The position numbers and the translations under genes were made by a program. A DNA stretch of 57,958 bases from Chloroflexi bacterium HGW-Chloroflexi-9 (GTDB lineage: Bacteria > Chloroflexota > Dehalococcoidia > UBA2979): the NCBI GenBank assembly GCA_002840675.1, contig PHBR01000001.1, forward strand, positions 1 through 57,958, read 5' to 3'. Shown here piece by piece: positions 1 through 9,972 of the stretch. The notes below the pieces were generated by a model. That model saw only the letters and a list, made by a program, of their open reading frames with translations. It did no database searches and was not told where the DNA came from. How positions within the stretch are numbered: the first letter of the stretch is position 1; each line of letters opens with the position of its first letter.

Positions 1-382
1 CGCCGAAGCGCGTCTCCGCGAGCGCTGCGAGCGTGGCGTCGTGCCCGACGGCGACCGGCAGGCCCAGGGCGTCTGTCAGTGCGGGCACCATCGACCGGTC
101 GTGCCAGCCGGGCAGGTTCGGGGGATGGCGGTACGTCCCGTCCGAGGGGTCGACCGGCCCCGCCGTGGCGAGGCCGACCGCGCCCACCGGCACGTTCGCC
201 TCCCACTGCACGGCCGCCAGTAGCGTGGCGAGGCGTGACGCAGCGTCGTCCAGCCCGCGTCCGGCGTCAGTCGGGATCTGCCGTCGCGCGAGCAGCCGGC
301 CGGTCGTCGGGACGACCACGGCGGCGCGCATGAAGGTCGCCCCGATGTCGGCGGCCAGGACGGCGGGAGGGTCGATCAGCAT
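1..382 (-). CDS. ROK family sugar kinase (partial; runs off the window edge)
   Basis: Manual translation MLIDPPAVLAADIGATFMRAAVV...GLATAGPVDP...PPNLPGW...VGHDATLAALAETRFG carries the ROK DxGxT, GPVD, PNLPGW and (N/H)DA motifs. Not in the ORF track. Confidence 0.85.
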   Translation of the reverse strand, partial: MLIDPPAVLAADIGATFMRAAVVVPTTGRLLARRQIPTDAGRGLDDAASRLATLLAAVQWEANVPVGAVGLATAGPVDPSDGTYRHPPNLPGWHDRSMVPALTDALGLPVAVGHDATLAALAETRFG

Positions 383-451
383 GGGCGCCATTCTCGCGCA
401 TCCACCCGTAACCCGTAGCATGGAGGCCCCACCTACCGCGAAAGGCCCCTC

Positions 452-1612
452 GTGCCGCGCATCCGCCTGACACGGCTCCTTGTGCTGCTGGTCGCCGTGT
501 CGGTGGTCGCCTCGGCATGCCGGTCGGCCTCGCCGCCGGAGGCGCCCAGCACGGTGGTGGTGAGCACCAGCCGCTTCGGCGGCCTCGCGGAGGGCAGCGC
601 GGGCGTGGAGTTTGTCGGGCTTGACCACTGGCTGAACAGCGAGCCAGTCACCCTCGCGTCGCTGGCGGCGCAGAACCGTGTCGTGCTGGTCGACTTCTGG
701 ACGTACACCTGCGTGAACTGCCTGCGCACGCTGCCGTTCCTGGCGGACTGGCATGAGAAGTACGCCGGCCGAGGGCTGACGATCGTCGGTGTGCACGCGC
801 CGGAGTTCGAGTTCGAGAAGCGGCCCGAGAACGTCGCCAACGCCGTGCGGGAGCAGGGCATCCTCTACCCCGTCGCGCAGGACAACGGGATGCGGACCTG
901 GGACGCCTTCCACAACTCGGTATGGCCCGCGAAGTACCTGATCAGCCCGGAAGCCCTCGTCGTCTACCGCCACTTCGGCGAGGGCGACTACGCCGTCACG
1001 GAGGAGGCGATCCGCGCCGCCCTGACGGACGCCGGGTACGACGTCTCCGACATCGAGCCGGGCGGCGTGCCGGAGCCATCGCTCGACCGGGCCACCGTCG
1101 GCATCACGCGCGAGCTGTACGGCGGGTACGAGCGCAACTACTTCCCGGGCGGCGTCTACGCGGCGCAGGAGGAGTACTACCTCGGCCCGGACCGTGCTGT
1201 GCTCTACACCGACCCCGGCGCGCCGCGTGAGCATCACCAGTGGTACGCGCAGGGGGAGTGGCGCAACGAGGCGGAGGCGATCGTCCACGCGCGGGCGACC
1301 GACGATCTGCAGGACTACCTCGCCTTCCAGTTCGTCGCCCGCGCGGTGAACGTGGTCATGCACCCCTCCGAACAGACCGGAGCGTACGAGGTCGTCGTGG
1401 AACTGGACGGTCGCCCCCTCGACCCGGACGCCGCCGGCCCGGACGTGGCGTTCGACGACGAGGGCCGCAGTCTCGTCACCGTCGACCAGCCGAGGATGTA
1501 CCGGGTGGTCGAACTGCCGGCGCTGGGCGAGCATGAACTCGTCCTGCGCATGGACGCGGAGGGCGCGAACATGTACGCGGTCACCTTCGGCGCGTATACG
1601 GAAGGCCCGTAG
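452..1612 (+). CDS. DipZ-like redoxin lipoprotein (thioredoxin fold plus C-terminal beta domain)
   Basis: Lipobox-like ASAC; VVLVDFWTYTCVNC, GVHAPEFEFEK and WPAKYL motifs. Confidence 0.85.
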   Translation: MPRIRLTRLLVLLVAVSVVASACRSASPPEAPSTVVVSTSRFGGLAEGSAGVEFVGLDHWLNSEPVTLASLAAQNRVVLVDFWTYTCVNCLRTLPFLADWHEKYAGRGLTIVGVHAPEFEFEKRPENVANAVREQGILYPVAQDNGMRTWDAFHNSVWPAKYLISPEALVVYRHFGEGDYAVTEEAIRAALTDAGYDVSDIEPGGVPEPSLDRATVGITRELYGGYERNYFPGGVYAAQEEYYLGPDRAVLYTDPGAPREHHQWYAQGEWRNEAEAIVHARATDDLQDYLAFQFVARAVNVVMHPSEQTGAYEVVVELDGRPLDPDAAGPDVAFDDEGRSLVTVDQPRMYRVVELPALGEHELVLRMDAEGANMYAVTFGAYTEGP

Positions 1613-1614
1613 CC

Positions 1615-2586
1615 ATGCACCGACCGAGGCGCCCGGGCGTGCTCGCGCTGATGCTTGCGACGATCCTCGGCGCGGCGCTGGTCGTCGGCTGCGGCGGGGA
1701 TGAGAGCGAGCCTTCGGCGCTGATGCCCGGTTCAGCGCGGCTCGTGGAAGATCCGTTCTCCGGTGGCTACCCGACCTACCACGACGAATCGGCCGGGCTC
1801 CGAGTGATCCTCGGCACACCCGACCTCGGCGCCGGGCCATCGCGGATCGCGTTCGCGCTCTTTGACGATGTCGGGCTGATCGAGTTCCCCGGACTGCTCG
1901 TGCGGACCTACTTCTACCCGGAGGGGCCGGAGGCCATGCGGCTGGGGCCGCTGGAGCAGGCGGTGCTGGACTACCACCAGTTCCCGCTGGGCTCGCGCGG
2001 CACCTTCACCGGGATGCTCGACCTCGCCTCGGCAGGTCTCTGGGGCATCGAGGTCGCCGTCCCCCGCCCGGACGGAAGCATCGAGTCGCTCCTGTTCCCG
2101 GTGCTGGTGAAGGAGCAGAGCACCGCGCCGGCCGTCGGTGCGCTGGCCCCACGCGGCGAGAACCGCATGGCACTCGATGTCGCGTCCCTCGCCGAGCTCA
2201 CCACCTCCAGCGAGCCGGACCCGGCGCTCTACGCGGAGCGCATCAACGCTGCGCTCGATCGAGGCCGCCCGTTCGTGATCACGTTCGCCTCGCCCGCGTT
2301 CTGCACCACCGCGCTCTGCGGGCCGCAGGTGGAACTCCTGAGCGAACTCGTCCCCACCTGGGGTGACCGCTACTCCTTCATCCACATCGACCTGTACGAG
2401 AACCCGCACGAGATCCGCGGCGACCTCGACCGGGCGCGGCGGACGCCCCTCCTGGAGACGTGGGGGATTGAGAGCGACGAGTGGACGTTCGTCGTGGGCG
2501 CGGACGGGCGCATCGCCGCGCGGTTCGAGTCCTTCGTAGCGCGCGAGGAACTGGAGGCGGCCCTGCAGGCCGCCCTCGTCCCCTAG
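1615..2586 (+). CDS. Lipoprotein with C-terminal thioredoxin-like domain
   Basis: Signal peptide ending VVGC; FASPAFCTTALCGPQ (CxxxxC), FIHIDLY and WTFVVGADGRI; 2 bp after the redoxin gene. Confidence 0.65.
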   Translation: MHRPRRPGVLALMLATILGAALVVGCGGDESEPSALMPGSARLVEDPFSGGYPTYHDESAGLRVILGTPDLGAGPSRIAFALFDDVGLIEFPGLLVRTYFYPEGPEAMRLGPLEQAVLDYHQFPLGSRGTFTGMLDLASAGLWGIEVAVPRPDGSIESLLFPVLVKEQSTAPAVGALAPRGENRMALDVASLAELTTSSEPDPALYAERINAALDRGRPFVITFASPAFCTTALCGPQVELLSELVPTWGDRYSFIHIDLYENPHEIRGDLDRARRTPLLETWGIESDEWTFVVGADGRIAARFESFVAREELEAALQAALVP

Positions 2587-2617
2587 TCCCCTCCGACGCG
2601 GCTACGCGACGGCAGGC

Positions 2618-3037
2618 TCATCCGACGGCCGGCACCGCGGCGGTACAGGCCGCGCACCTCACGGCGGCCTTCGGGATCTCGGTCAGGCACTCCGGGCAGG
2701 GCCGTGTGGTTGCCTCGGGCTCCGGGACGGCGCTCTGGCGGCGGGCCTGCAGGTGGTTCATCGGCCGAATGATCAGGTAGAAGATCACCAGCGCCGTGAT
2801 CAGAAACGACACCAGCACGCTGATGAAGTTGCCGTAGGTCACGACCGCCTCGTTCACGGTGAACGAGTACTCGGTGAAGTCCGTCTTTCCACCGGCCGCC
2901 GCGACCAGCGGGTTCAGGATGTCCGCCAGGAAGGAGTCGATCACTCCCTTGAAGGCGGCGCCGATCATGATGCCGATCGCCAGGTCCACCACGTTGCCGC
3001 GCAACAGGAACGCTCTGAACTCCGCCATCTTGAACAT
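2618..3037 (-). CDS. mscL: Large-conductance mechanosensitive channel
   Basis: EFRAFLLRGNVVDLAIGIMIGAAF and YGNFI motifs; C-terminal CPEC...CAAC tail. Confidence 0.95.
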   Translation of the reverse strand: MFKMAEFRAFLLRGNVVDLAIGIMIGAAFKGVIDSFLADILNPLVAAAGGKTDFTEYSFTVNEAVVTYGNFISVLVSFLITALVIFYLIIRPMNHLQARRQSAVPEPEATTRPCPECLTEIPKAAVRCAACTAAVPAVG

Positions 3038-3156
3038 CCTGTGACCTCCTCCGCACGCCCAGCCGCGGTCCGTACGGCCGCACCATAGCCGCCCGGAGCG
3101 AGCCGTGGGCCCTCCCGGGCCGTGGCGAACGAGCCTCGCCCGCTATCCTCGATCGG

Positions 3157-4485
3157 ATGGAGGTGGAGATGGCCGCTTCGATATCCCCGTTCGCGCTCCA
3201 GGTGTCCGTGGAGCGCCACCGGCTCGCCAACGGCCTGCGCGTGGTGTTGAGCCCGGATCGGTCTGCGCCTGTGGTGTGCGTGGCGGTCTACTACCACGTC
3301 GGCATGCGCCTGGAACCGCAGGGCCGCACCGGCTTCGCGCACCTCTTCGAGCACCTGATGTTCCAGGGCTCCCCGAGCCTGGCGAAGATGGAGCTCGTGC
3401 GCCTGGTTCAGCAGAACGGCGGCACGCTCAACGGCTCCACCCGCTACGACTTCACCAACTACTTCGAGGTGATGCCCTCGACCGCCCTCGAACTCGCGCT
3501 CTGGATGGAGGCGGACCGCATGCGCGGCCCCGTCATCACGCAGGCCGAACTCGACAACCAGCGCGATGTCGTGAAGAACGAGATCCGGGTGAACGTCCTG
3601 AACCAGCCGTACGGCTCGTTCCCGTGGATCGACATGCAGGAGCGCGCTTACTCCAACTGGCACAACAGCCACAACGGCTACGGCGACATGGCGGACCTGG
3701 ACGCCGCGAGCCTGGCGGACGTGCAGGCGTTCTTCGACACCTACTATTCGCCGGCGAACGCCGTGCTCGTGGTCGTCGGCGATATCGAGCCGTCCGAGAC
3801 GCTCGTCCTCGCGCGCAAGTACTTCGAGGAGATCCCGGCGACGCCGGCGCCTGCCGCGCCGGATATCTCCGAGCCGCGCCAGACCGAGGCGCGCCGCTTC
3901 AGTCGCACCGACCCGCTGGCCAACCGGCCCGCCCTGGCCGTCTCCTACCACCTGCCGGAACGCGGCACGCCGCAGTTCTACGCGATGGGCCTGATCCACC
4001 AATTGCTTGCTGCGGGCGACGACTCGCTGCTGCACCACGAACTCGTGACGCGGCGCGGCTACACGGGCGAGGTGGACGCGAGCCTCAACTTCCTGGGCCA
4101 CATGCACAACGCGCAGACGCCGCTGCTCTGGACGGTGGTCGCCGTCCATGACGACGAGGTCGCCGCCGACGCGATCGTGGAAGCGATGGAGGGGGTGATC
4201 GCGCCGCTGCGGGAGACCCTGGTGGACGCCGAAACGCTCGAACGCGCACGCACGAAGGCGCGCGCCAGCCTGCTCCGCACAGCTGGCGACTCCGTCTACC
4301 CGCGCTTCGGCCTGGCCGACCTGCTCGCCGCGTTCGAACTGCTGGAGGGCGACGCGAGCCACGTCAACGAGATCGACGCGCGCTTCGCGGCCATCACCCC
4401 GGAGATCGTGCTGGAGACGGCGCGCGAGGTGCTGCGTCCGACCAACCGCAACGTGCTTGTGCTGGAAGCCGGAGCCGCCTCGTGA
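3157..4485 (+). CDS. M16 family zinc metallopeptidase (catalytic subunit)
   Basis: GFAHLFEHLMF (HxxEH), NGST..DFTNY, EADRM and YYSPANAVLVVVGD. Confidence 0.92.
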   Translation: MEVEMAASISPFALQVSVERHRLANGLRVVLSPDRSAPVVCVAVYYHVGMRLEPQGRTGFAHLFEHLMFQGSPSLAKMELVRLVQQNGGTLNGSTRYDFTNYFEVMPSTALELALWMEADRMRGPVITQAELDNQRDVVKNEIRVNVLNQPYGSFPWIDMQERAYSNWHNSHNGYGDMADLDAASLADVQAFFDTYYSPANAVLVVVGDIEPSETLVLARKYFEEIPATPAPAAPDISEPRQTEARRFSRTDPLANRPALAVSYHLPERGTPQFYAMGLIHQLLAAGDDSLLHHELVTRRGYTGEVDASLNFLGHMHNAQTPLLWTVVAVHDDEVAADAIVEAMEGVIAPLRETLVDAETLERARTKARASLLRTAGDSVYPRFGLADLLAAFELLEGDASHVNEIDARFAAITPEIVLETAREVLRPTNRNVLVLEAGAAS

Positions 4486-5804
4486 GCCTGCCGCCCCGCC
4501 CCACCGTCCCGCCGCTCGCTACCTTCGTCCTGCCGCCTCGCCGCGTGGAGACGCTGCCCGGCGGCGCTCGCGCCACGCTGATCGATGTCGGCACGGTGCC
4601 GCTCGCCGGGATCCGCCTCGTGCTGGGCTCCGGCTCGGTGGACCTGTCTCCGGACGCCACCTGGCTGGACCGCTTCGTCTTCGACTACCTGCGCGAGGGC
4701 ACTGAGCAGCGTGACGCCGCCGCCTTCGCCGCCGCGCTCGCCGCGATGGGCGGGCGTCTGGAGGTCGACTCGGACGAGCAGACCACCACCCTGCAGACGG
4801 AGGTCCTCTCCGAGCACGCCCCGGCGGCGGTGGCTCTGCTGGTGGAACTCGCCCGCACGCCTCGATTCCCGCAGGATGCTGCCGAGCGGCTCCTGACCGA
4901 CCTGCACCGGTCGCTGGACATGGCGACCGCGCAGCCCTCGTGGCTCGCGCACACGGCGATGCGGAAGGCGCTGTTCGGCGACCAGCCTTACGGGCGAGTC
5001 ATGCCCACCTCGGAGATGCTGGACTCGTTCACCACGGCGCGGGCGGCGGAGTTCTGGGCCCGCACCACGGGTGCGGGGCGCGCCCACCTGCTGCTCGCCG
5101 GCCGCTTCGCTGCCGATGCGGTACTGGAAGCGGCGCAGCGGAGCATGGACGGCTGGGCACCCGGGCCGGAGGCCGCGCCGCTCGTCGTCACCACGCGCGC
5201 CGAACGGGCGATCCACCTGATCGACCGCCCCGGCTCGGAGCAGTCGACATTCCAGCTGGGGCTGCCGGTGATCGACCCTGGGCACAAAGATTATGTCGCG
5301 CTAGAGGTCACGAACGCCCTCCTCGGCGGCGCGTTCGCCTCCCGCATCACCATGAACATCCGGGAGGACAAGGGGTACACCTACTCGCCGCGGTCGGTGA
5401 TCTCCACACGGCCGCAGGGTACCTACTGGGCGGAGGTCGCGGACGTCACCACCGCCGTCACCGGCGCGTCCCTTCGCGAGATCTTCGGGGAAATCGACCG
5501 CCTGCGCGGCGAGGCGCCGCCCGAGGAAGAACTCACCGGCGTCAGGAATTATGTCGCCGGCTCGTTCGTGATCCGGCAGTCCTCACCGGCTGCCCTGCTC
5601 GACCACCTCGAGTTCCTCGACCGCCACGGGCTGGACGCGTCCTACTCCGCGACCTACCTCGAACGGGTGCAGGCGGTCACGCCCGCCGAGGTGCAGCGGC
5701 TGACCGTGGAGCACCTGCGGCCGGAGGCGATGGCGGTGGCGATGGTCGCGGATCGCGCCGTGGTGGAGCCCCAGCTGGCCGAGTTCGGCCCAATCCTGGC
5801 ATGA
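4482..5804 (+). CDS. M16 family peptidase, non-catalytic partner subunit
   Basis: GTGA overlap with the upstream gene; no HxxEH; LGGAFASRITMNIREDKGYTY motif. Confidence 0.88.
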   Translation: MSLPPRPTVPPLATFVLPPRRVETLPGGARATLIDVGTVPLAGIRLVLGSGSVDLSPDATWLDRFVFDYLREGTEQRDAAAFAAALAAMGGRLEVDSDEQTTTLQTEVLSEHAPAAVALLVELARTPRFPQDAAERLLTDLHRSLDMATAQPSWLAHTAMRKALFGDQPYGRVMPTSEMLDSFTTARAAEFWARTTGAGRAHLLLAGRFAADAVLEAAQRSMDGWAPGPEAAPLVVTTRAERAIHLIDRPGSEQSTFQLGLPVIDPGHKDYVALEVTNALLGGAFASRITMNIREDKGYTYSPRSVISTRPQGTYWAEVADVTTAVTGASLREIFGEIDRLRGEAPPEEELTGVRNYVAGSFVIRQSSPAALLDHLEFLDRHGLDASYSATYLERVQAVTPAEVQRLTVEHLRPEAMAVAMVADRAVVEPQLAEFGPILA

Positions 5805-5864
5805 CCGAGGGCGAGCGACCGGGCCGCGCGGGAACGCCCGGCCGTGCGAGAGCGTTCTGTTGAT

Positions 5865-6344
5865 ATGACCATCTCGCTCGCCAGCCTCGTCGCCTTCCTT
5901 GCCCTCCTCCTCTCGCTCCTGGCCGGGGCGATGGGGGGTGAGGGCACACCCCTGCCGGGGCCGACCCCGACGGCTACCGCCACCGCCACGCCCTCCAGCA
6001 CCCCCTTCACGCCGGACGGCCGTCCCGGCCAGGAGGCGCTCCTTCATCCCGGCGAGCGTGCGGTGTTCGAGGCGGAGGGCGAACGCCTCGAGGTGCTGTT
6101 CGTCGGCGTGACCGCGGACTCGCGGTGCCCGGTGGACGTCACCTGCATCTGGGCGGGCGAGGCGCGGGTCGCGCTGGACTTCGTCGGGCTGATGTCGTGG
6201 GAGGGCACGCTGTCCGGCGACACCGGCGCGTCCGTGATCGTGGCCGGCTGGATCGTGACCGTGACAGACCTGACGCCCGCGCCTCGGAGCGACCGGCCGA
6301 TCGCGCCCGGCGACTACGAGGCCAGGATCGTGGTGACGCGCTAG
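5865..6344 (+). CDS. Secreted hypothetical protein
   Basis: Hydrophobic N-terminus, Pro/Thr linker and DSRCPVDVTCIWAGEA motif. Confidence 0.7.
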   Translation: MTISLASLVAFLALLLSLLAGAMGGEGTPLPGPTPTATATATPSSTPFTPDGRPGQEALLHPGERAVFEAEGERLEVLFVGVTADSRCPVDVTCIWAGEARVALDFVGLMSWEGTLSGDTGASVIVAGWIVTVTDLTPAPRSDRPIAPGDYEARIVVTR

Positions 6345-7546
6345 GCCGGCTTCGGCCGGCGCTGCAGCGGCTCCGCGACGAGGAAGTACATGACCGCCGC
6401 GCCGGCCAGGCCCAGGCCGCCCGTCGCGACCGAGGCGGCCCCGAGGGACATCAGCGCCGTCAGCGCGCTGATCAGCGTCGGCCCACCCGCCGTGCCTACG
6501 TCGCCGATCAGACGCCAGACGCCCAGGAACTCGCCTCGACCGGTCGGCGGCGAGAAGTCCGCGCCCAGGGTCATGACGATGCCGCTGCCGAGACCGTTAC
6601 CGAAGCCGCTGATGAGCGCGACGATCAGCAACCCGGTGAAGCTGCTCGTCAGCGGGATGGCGATCGTCCCGACCGCCATGATGAGCAGGCACGGCACCGC
6701 CACCCACTTCCGGCCCAGGCGGTCCATGACGATCCCCACCGGATAGAAGAGCGTCATATCGATCGCGAACGACAGCCCGACGATCGCACCGATGGCGGCC
6801 GGGTCCAGACCGATCTGGTCGCCCCAGAGCGGGATGATCACCTGCCGTGCCGCACGCAGCGCCTGCACCGCCATCATGGCGACACCCGCGGTCGCGAACG
6901 CGCCTCGGTTCTCGCGGAGCACGCCGGCGAACCGCTGGTAGATGCCTTGCTCGTGGAACTCTTCCCGGCCCTCATCGCCCTTCATCAGCAGGAACATCGT
7001 GATCGCGCCCAGGCTGACGAACAGCGCCTGCATGTAGAACGCGGACTCCAGGCCCCAGACCGTCGCGCCGATACCGCCGGCGAACGGCCCCACAAAGTTC
7101 CCGATGCGATTCGTCCCACCGAGGAGGGACAGCGCCCGCCCGCGCTGCTCGATCGGCGCCGCCTCGCTCACGTAGGCGAGCCGGGCCAGTGTCCACACCG
7201 ACCAACCGCAGCCCATCACGAATACGAGGAGCGAGAGGACCACGATCGAGTTCGTAAGCCCTGCGCCGATCGAGACGATCGCGAGCGCGATGGTGCCGAT
7301 CGCCATCGCCCCGCGCTCGCCGAACCGGGAGACCAGGATGCCGGCCGGGATGTCGAAGAGCATCGTGCCGTAGTTGCGGAGCGCCACTACCAGGCTCGCG
7401 ATCGCCAGCGTCGCGCCCAGGTCGGTCGCGTACAGAGGCAGGATCGGGATGACGGCGCCCTGCCCGACCGCAAAGAGGAAGGTCGGAAGGTAGACGGAGA
7501 GCCCCAGCGAGCGGATGCGAAACGGGGGGGCGGCGTCTGAGGACAT
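6341..7546 (-). CDS. MFS transporter
   Basis: About 12 hydrophobic segments with GILVSRFGER and GIVMDRLGRK motif-A-like repeats. Start placed at ATG 7546, 7 nt from TAGGAT. Confidence 0.9.
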   Translation of the reverse strand: MSSDAAPPFRIRSLGLSVYLPTFLFAVGQGAVIPILPLYATDLGATLAIASLVVALRNYGTMLFDIPAGILVSRFGERGAMAIGTIALAIVSIGAGLTNSIVVLSLLVFVMGCGWSVWTLARLAYVSEAAPIEQRGRALSLLGGTNRIGNFVGPFAGGIGATVWGLESAFYMQALFVSLGAITMFLLMKGDEGREEFHEQGIYQRFAGVLRENRGAFATAGVAMMAVQALRAARQVIIPLWGDQIGLDPAAIGAIVGLSFAIDMTLFYPVGIVMDRLGRKWVAVPCLLIMAVGTIAIPLTSSFTGLLIVALISGFGNGLGSGIVMTLGADFSPPTGRGEFLGVWRLIGDVGTAGGPTLISALTALMSLGAASVATGGLGLAGAAVMYFLVAEPLQRRPKPA

Positions 7547-7701
7547 GCGCGCCATCCTACGGCGGCGGATCACTGGGCGCATCGGGCGGTCGCGCAGCCT
7601 CGACGGCCCGGGGGCTGTCCCGACTACGGGTCGCCCGGCGCCTGCCGATGATTGGCACGGGAGGACTGTGCCTCCCGCACGGGAGGTGCGCGATCCACGG
7701 C

Positions 7702-9936
7702 GTGAAGGGCTGGCTGGAGCTGTGTTGCTGGGTGCTGGCCGTGATGGCCGCGATGAGCGTCTCGCTGCTCGCGCTGGTCGCCCGCGGCCCGGCATGGCAC
7801 GTGACCGAGGCGCTCTCCATGGTTGCCATGGCGGGATCGCTGACGGGGCTGCTCGCCGCCGTGCGTGAGCGTCGCGGGGGGCGCACCCAGCGCGGCTGGC
7901 TGCAGGCGATCACGGAGAGCCTACCCGACATCCTCTTCGACGCACGACCGGACGGGTCGCTCCGGGCGGTCAGCACGGCCAGCCAGTCGCTGCTCGGCTA
8001 CGCGCCGGAGGAACTGGCCGGCCGCCATGTCTGCTCGATCACCACCGACCCACTCCCGGACCTCGGCCCGCGCACACCTGGCAACGAGCCGATCGTCTGG
8101 AACACTCGCTGGATCCACGCCAACGGCGACCGCATCCCCCTGAGTGCGCAGCTCCGTCCCGTCCGGGATGCCTCCGGCCAGCTCGTCGCGATCCAGGGGC
8201 TGGTGCGGGACCACCGTGACCGGCTGGCGGCGGAGGAGGCGCTCCGCGACAGCGAGGAGCGGTTCCGGCGCGTGCTGGACACCGCGCAGAACGGCGTCCT
8301 GCTGGTCTCCCACGACGGCCGCCTGCTGCTCACCAACGACGCCCTCCGCTCCCTCCTCGGGTACCAGGTGCAGGACATGCGCCGGCTCACGCTCGCGGAC
8401 ATCGTCCACCCGGTCTACCTGGACCAGGTGACCGCGCTGATGGCGTCCCGCATGTGGTCGGACGCTGCACCCGGCCACTACGAGGTGGCGCTGGTCGGCC
8501 ACGACGGCAACCGCATTGAGGTCGAGGTGTCCCTCGCCGCATTCCGCGAGTCCGGGAAGCAGACCGGCGCCCTCATGGAGGTGCGCGACCTGACCGAGGC
8601 CCGGCGGGCGTCCGAGACGATCCGCCGGATGGCGGACTACGACCGCCTGACGGGACTCCCGAACCGGGAGTTGTTCGACCGCCACTTCCAGCGCGCGATC
8701 ATCGATGGACGCGCCAACGGGCAGCACGTCGCGGTGATCCTGTTCGACCTGGATCGGTTCAAGTTGATCAACGACACGCTGGGGCACCCGTCCGGCGACC
8801 GGCTCCTGAAGGCCGTCGCCGATCGGTTGTCGAAGCGGCTGCCGTCTCGCCACATCCTGGCGCGCTTCAGCGGCGACGAGTTCCTGGTGCTGGCACCCGA
8901 CCTCGGCGGTGTGCCCGCTGCGGAGGGCATCGCCGCCCGGCTGCTGGAGGCCTTCGCGGAGCCGTTCGAGCACGACGGCAACCATCTGCAGGTGTCGGCG
9001 ACCGCGGGCGTGGCTGTCTACCCGCTCCATGCGGAGGACCCAGACACCCTCATCCGCATCGCGGATGCCGCCATGCACGCCGGGAAGGCGGAGGGCGGCA
9101 ACCGCTTCCAGCTGGGCTCCGACAACGCCGATGACCCGGCCCGCCGCCGCCTGGCGCTGGAGGCAGACCTCCGCCGGGCCGTCGAGCACGAGGAGTTCGA
9201 GGTCTACTACCAGCCGCAGGTCGACCCGAAGTCGGGCGAGGTGCTGGGGCTGGAGGCGCTGCTGCGCTGGCATCACGCGGAACGCGGGCCGGTCAGCCCC
9301 GGCGAGTTCGTGCCGCTGCTGGAGGAGACCGGCCTGATCGTGGAAGTCGGCGAGTGGGTCCTGCGCCAGGCCTGCCGCGAAACCCAGGCCTGGCGGGCGC
9401 GCGGCTTCCCGCGCCTCCGGATCGCCGTGAACCTGGCCCCCCGCCAGTTCCTGGTCCCCGACCTGGAGCGGCGGGTGCGGCTGGCGCTGGAGGAGTCTGG
9501 GCTGCCGCCAGAGGCGCTGGAACTGGAACTGACGGAGTCCGCCGGCACACTGAACCTGGATGCGGTGGAGGACGTGCTGGAACGGCTGTCCGCGATCGGC
9601 GTGACGACGGCGATCGACGATTTTGGCATTGGCCACTCCTGGCTCGGGCGCCTCCGGCAGCTGCCGATTCGCACGCTGAAGGTGGACCGCTCGTTCATCG
9701 CGGGTATGGCCGCCTCCGTGAACGACATGGCGATCGTGGAGGCGGTCGTCGCGCTGGGGCACGCGCTGGGCCTGAGCGTGGTCGCGGAGGGTGTGGAGAA
9801 CGAAGGGCAACTGGAGGTGGTGCGTGCGATCGGCTGTGACCTGATCCAGGGCTTCTACTTTGCCCCGGCCGTCCCTGCCGGGCAGGTGGTGCACATGCTC
9901 GCCGGAGGGTTCGCGATCCGCCGCGCCGCCGCTTAG
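7702..9936 (+). CDS. Membrane PAS-PAS-GGDEF-EAL diguanylate cyclase/phosphodiesterase
   Basis: Two TM segments, two PAS-like regions, DRLTGLPNR, SGDEF, EALLRW, DDFG and AEGVE. Start uncertain (7648-7743). Confidence 0.9.
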   Translation: MKGWLELCCWVLAVMAAMSVSLLALVARGPAWHVTEALSMVAMAGSLTGLLAAVRERRGGRTQRGWLQAITESLPDILFDARPDGSLRAVSTASQSLLGYAPEELAGRHVCSITTDPLPDLGPRTPGNEPIVWNTRWIHANGDRIPLSAQLRPVRDASGQLVAIQGLVRDHRDRLAAEEALRDSEERFRRVLDTAQNGVLLVSHDGRLLLTNDALRSLLGYQVQDMRRLTLADIVHPVYLDQVTALMASRMWSDAAPGHYEVALVGHDGNRIEVEVSLAAFRESGKQTGALMEVRDLTEARRASETIRRMADYDRLTGLPNRELFDRHFQRAIIDGRANGQHVAVILFDLDRFKLINDTLGHPSGDRLLKAVADRLSKRLPSRHILARFSGDEFLVLAPDLGGVPAAEGIAARLLEAFAEPFEHDGNHLQVSATAGVAVYPLHAEDPDTLIRIADAAMHAGKAEGGNRFQLGSDNADDPARRRLALEADLRRAVEHEEFEVYYQPQVDPKSGEVLGLEALLRWHHAERGPVSPGEFVPLLEETGLIVEVGEWVLRQACRETQAWRARGFPRLRIAVNLAPRQFLVPDLERRVRLALEESGLPPEALELELTESAGTLNLDAVEDVLERLSAIGVTTAIDDFGIGHSWLGRLRQLPIRTLKVDRSFIAGMAASVNDMAIVEAVVALGHALGLSVVAEGVENEGQLEVVRAIGCDLIQGFYFAPAVPAGQVVHMLAGGFAIRRAAA

Positions 9937-9972
9937 CGGGGCGTGCTCCACTCAGCCCCTATCATCCCCGGG

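Noticed and set aside
2618..2700. CxxC...CxxC tail on MscL
   Set aside because: A known, widespread MscL variant.
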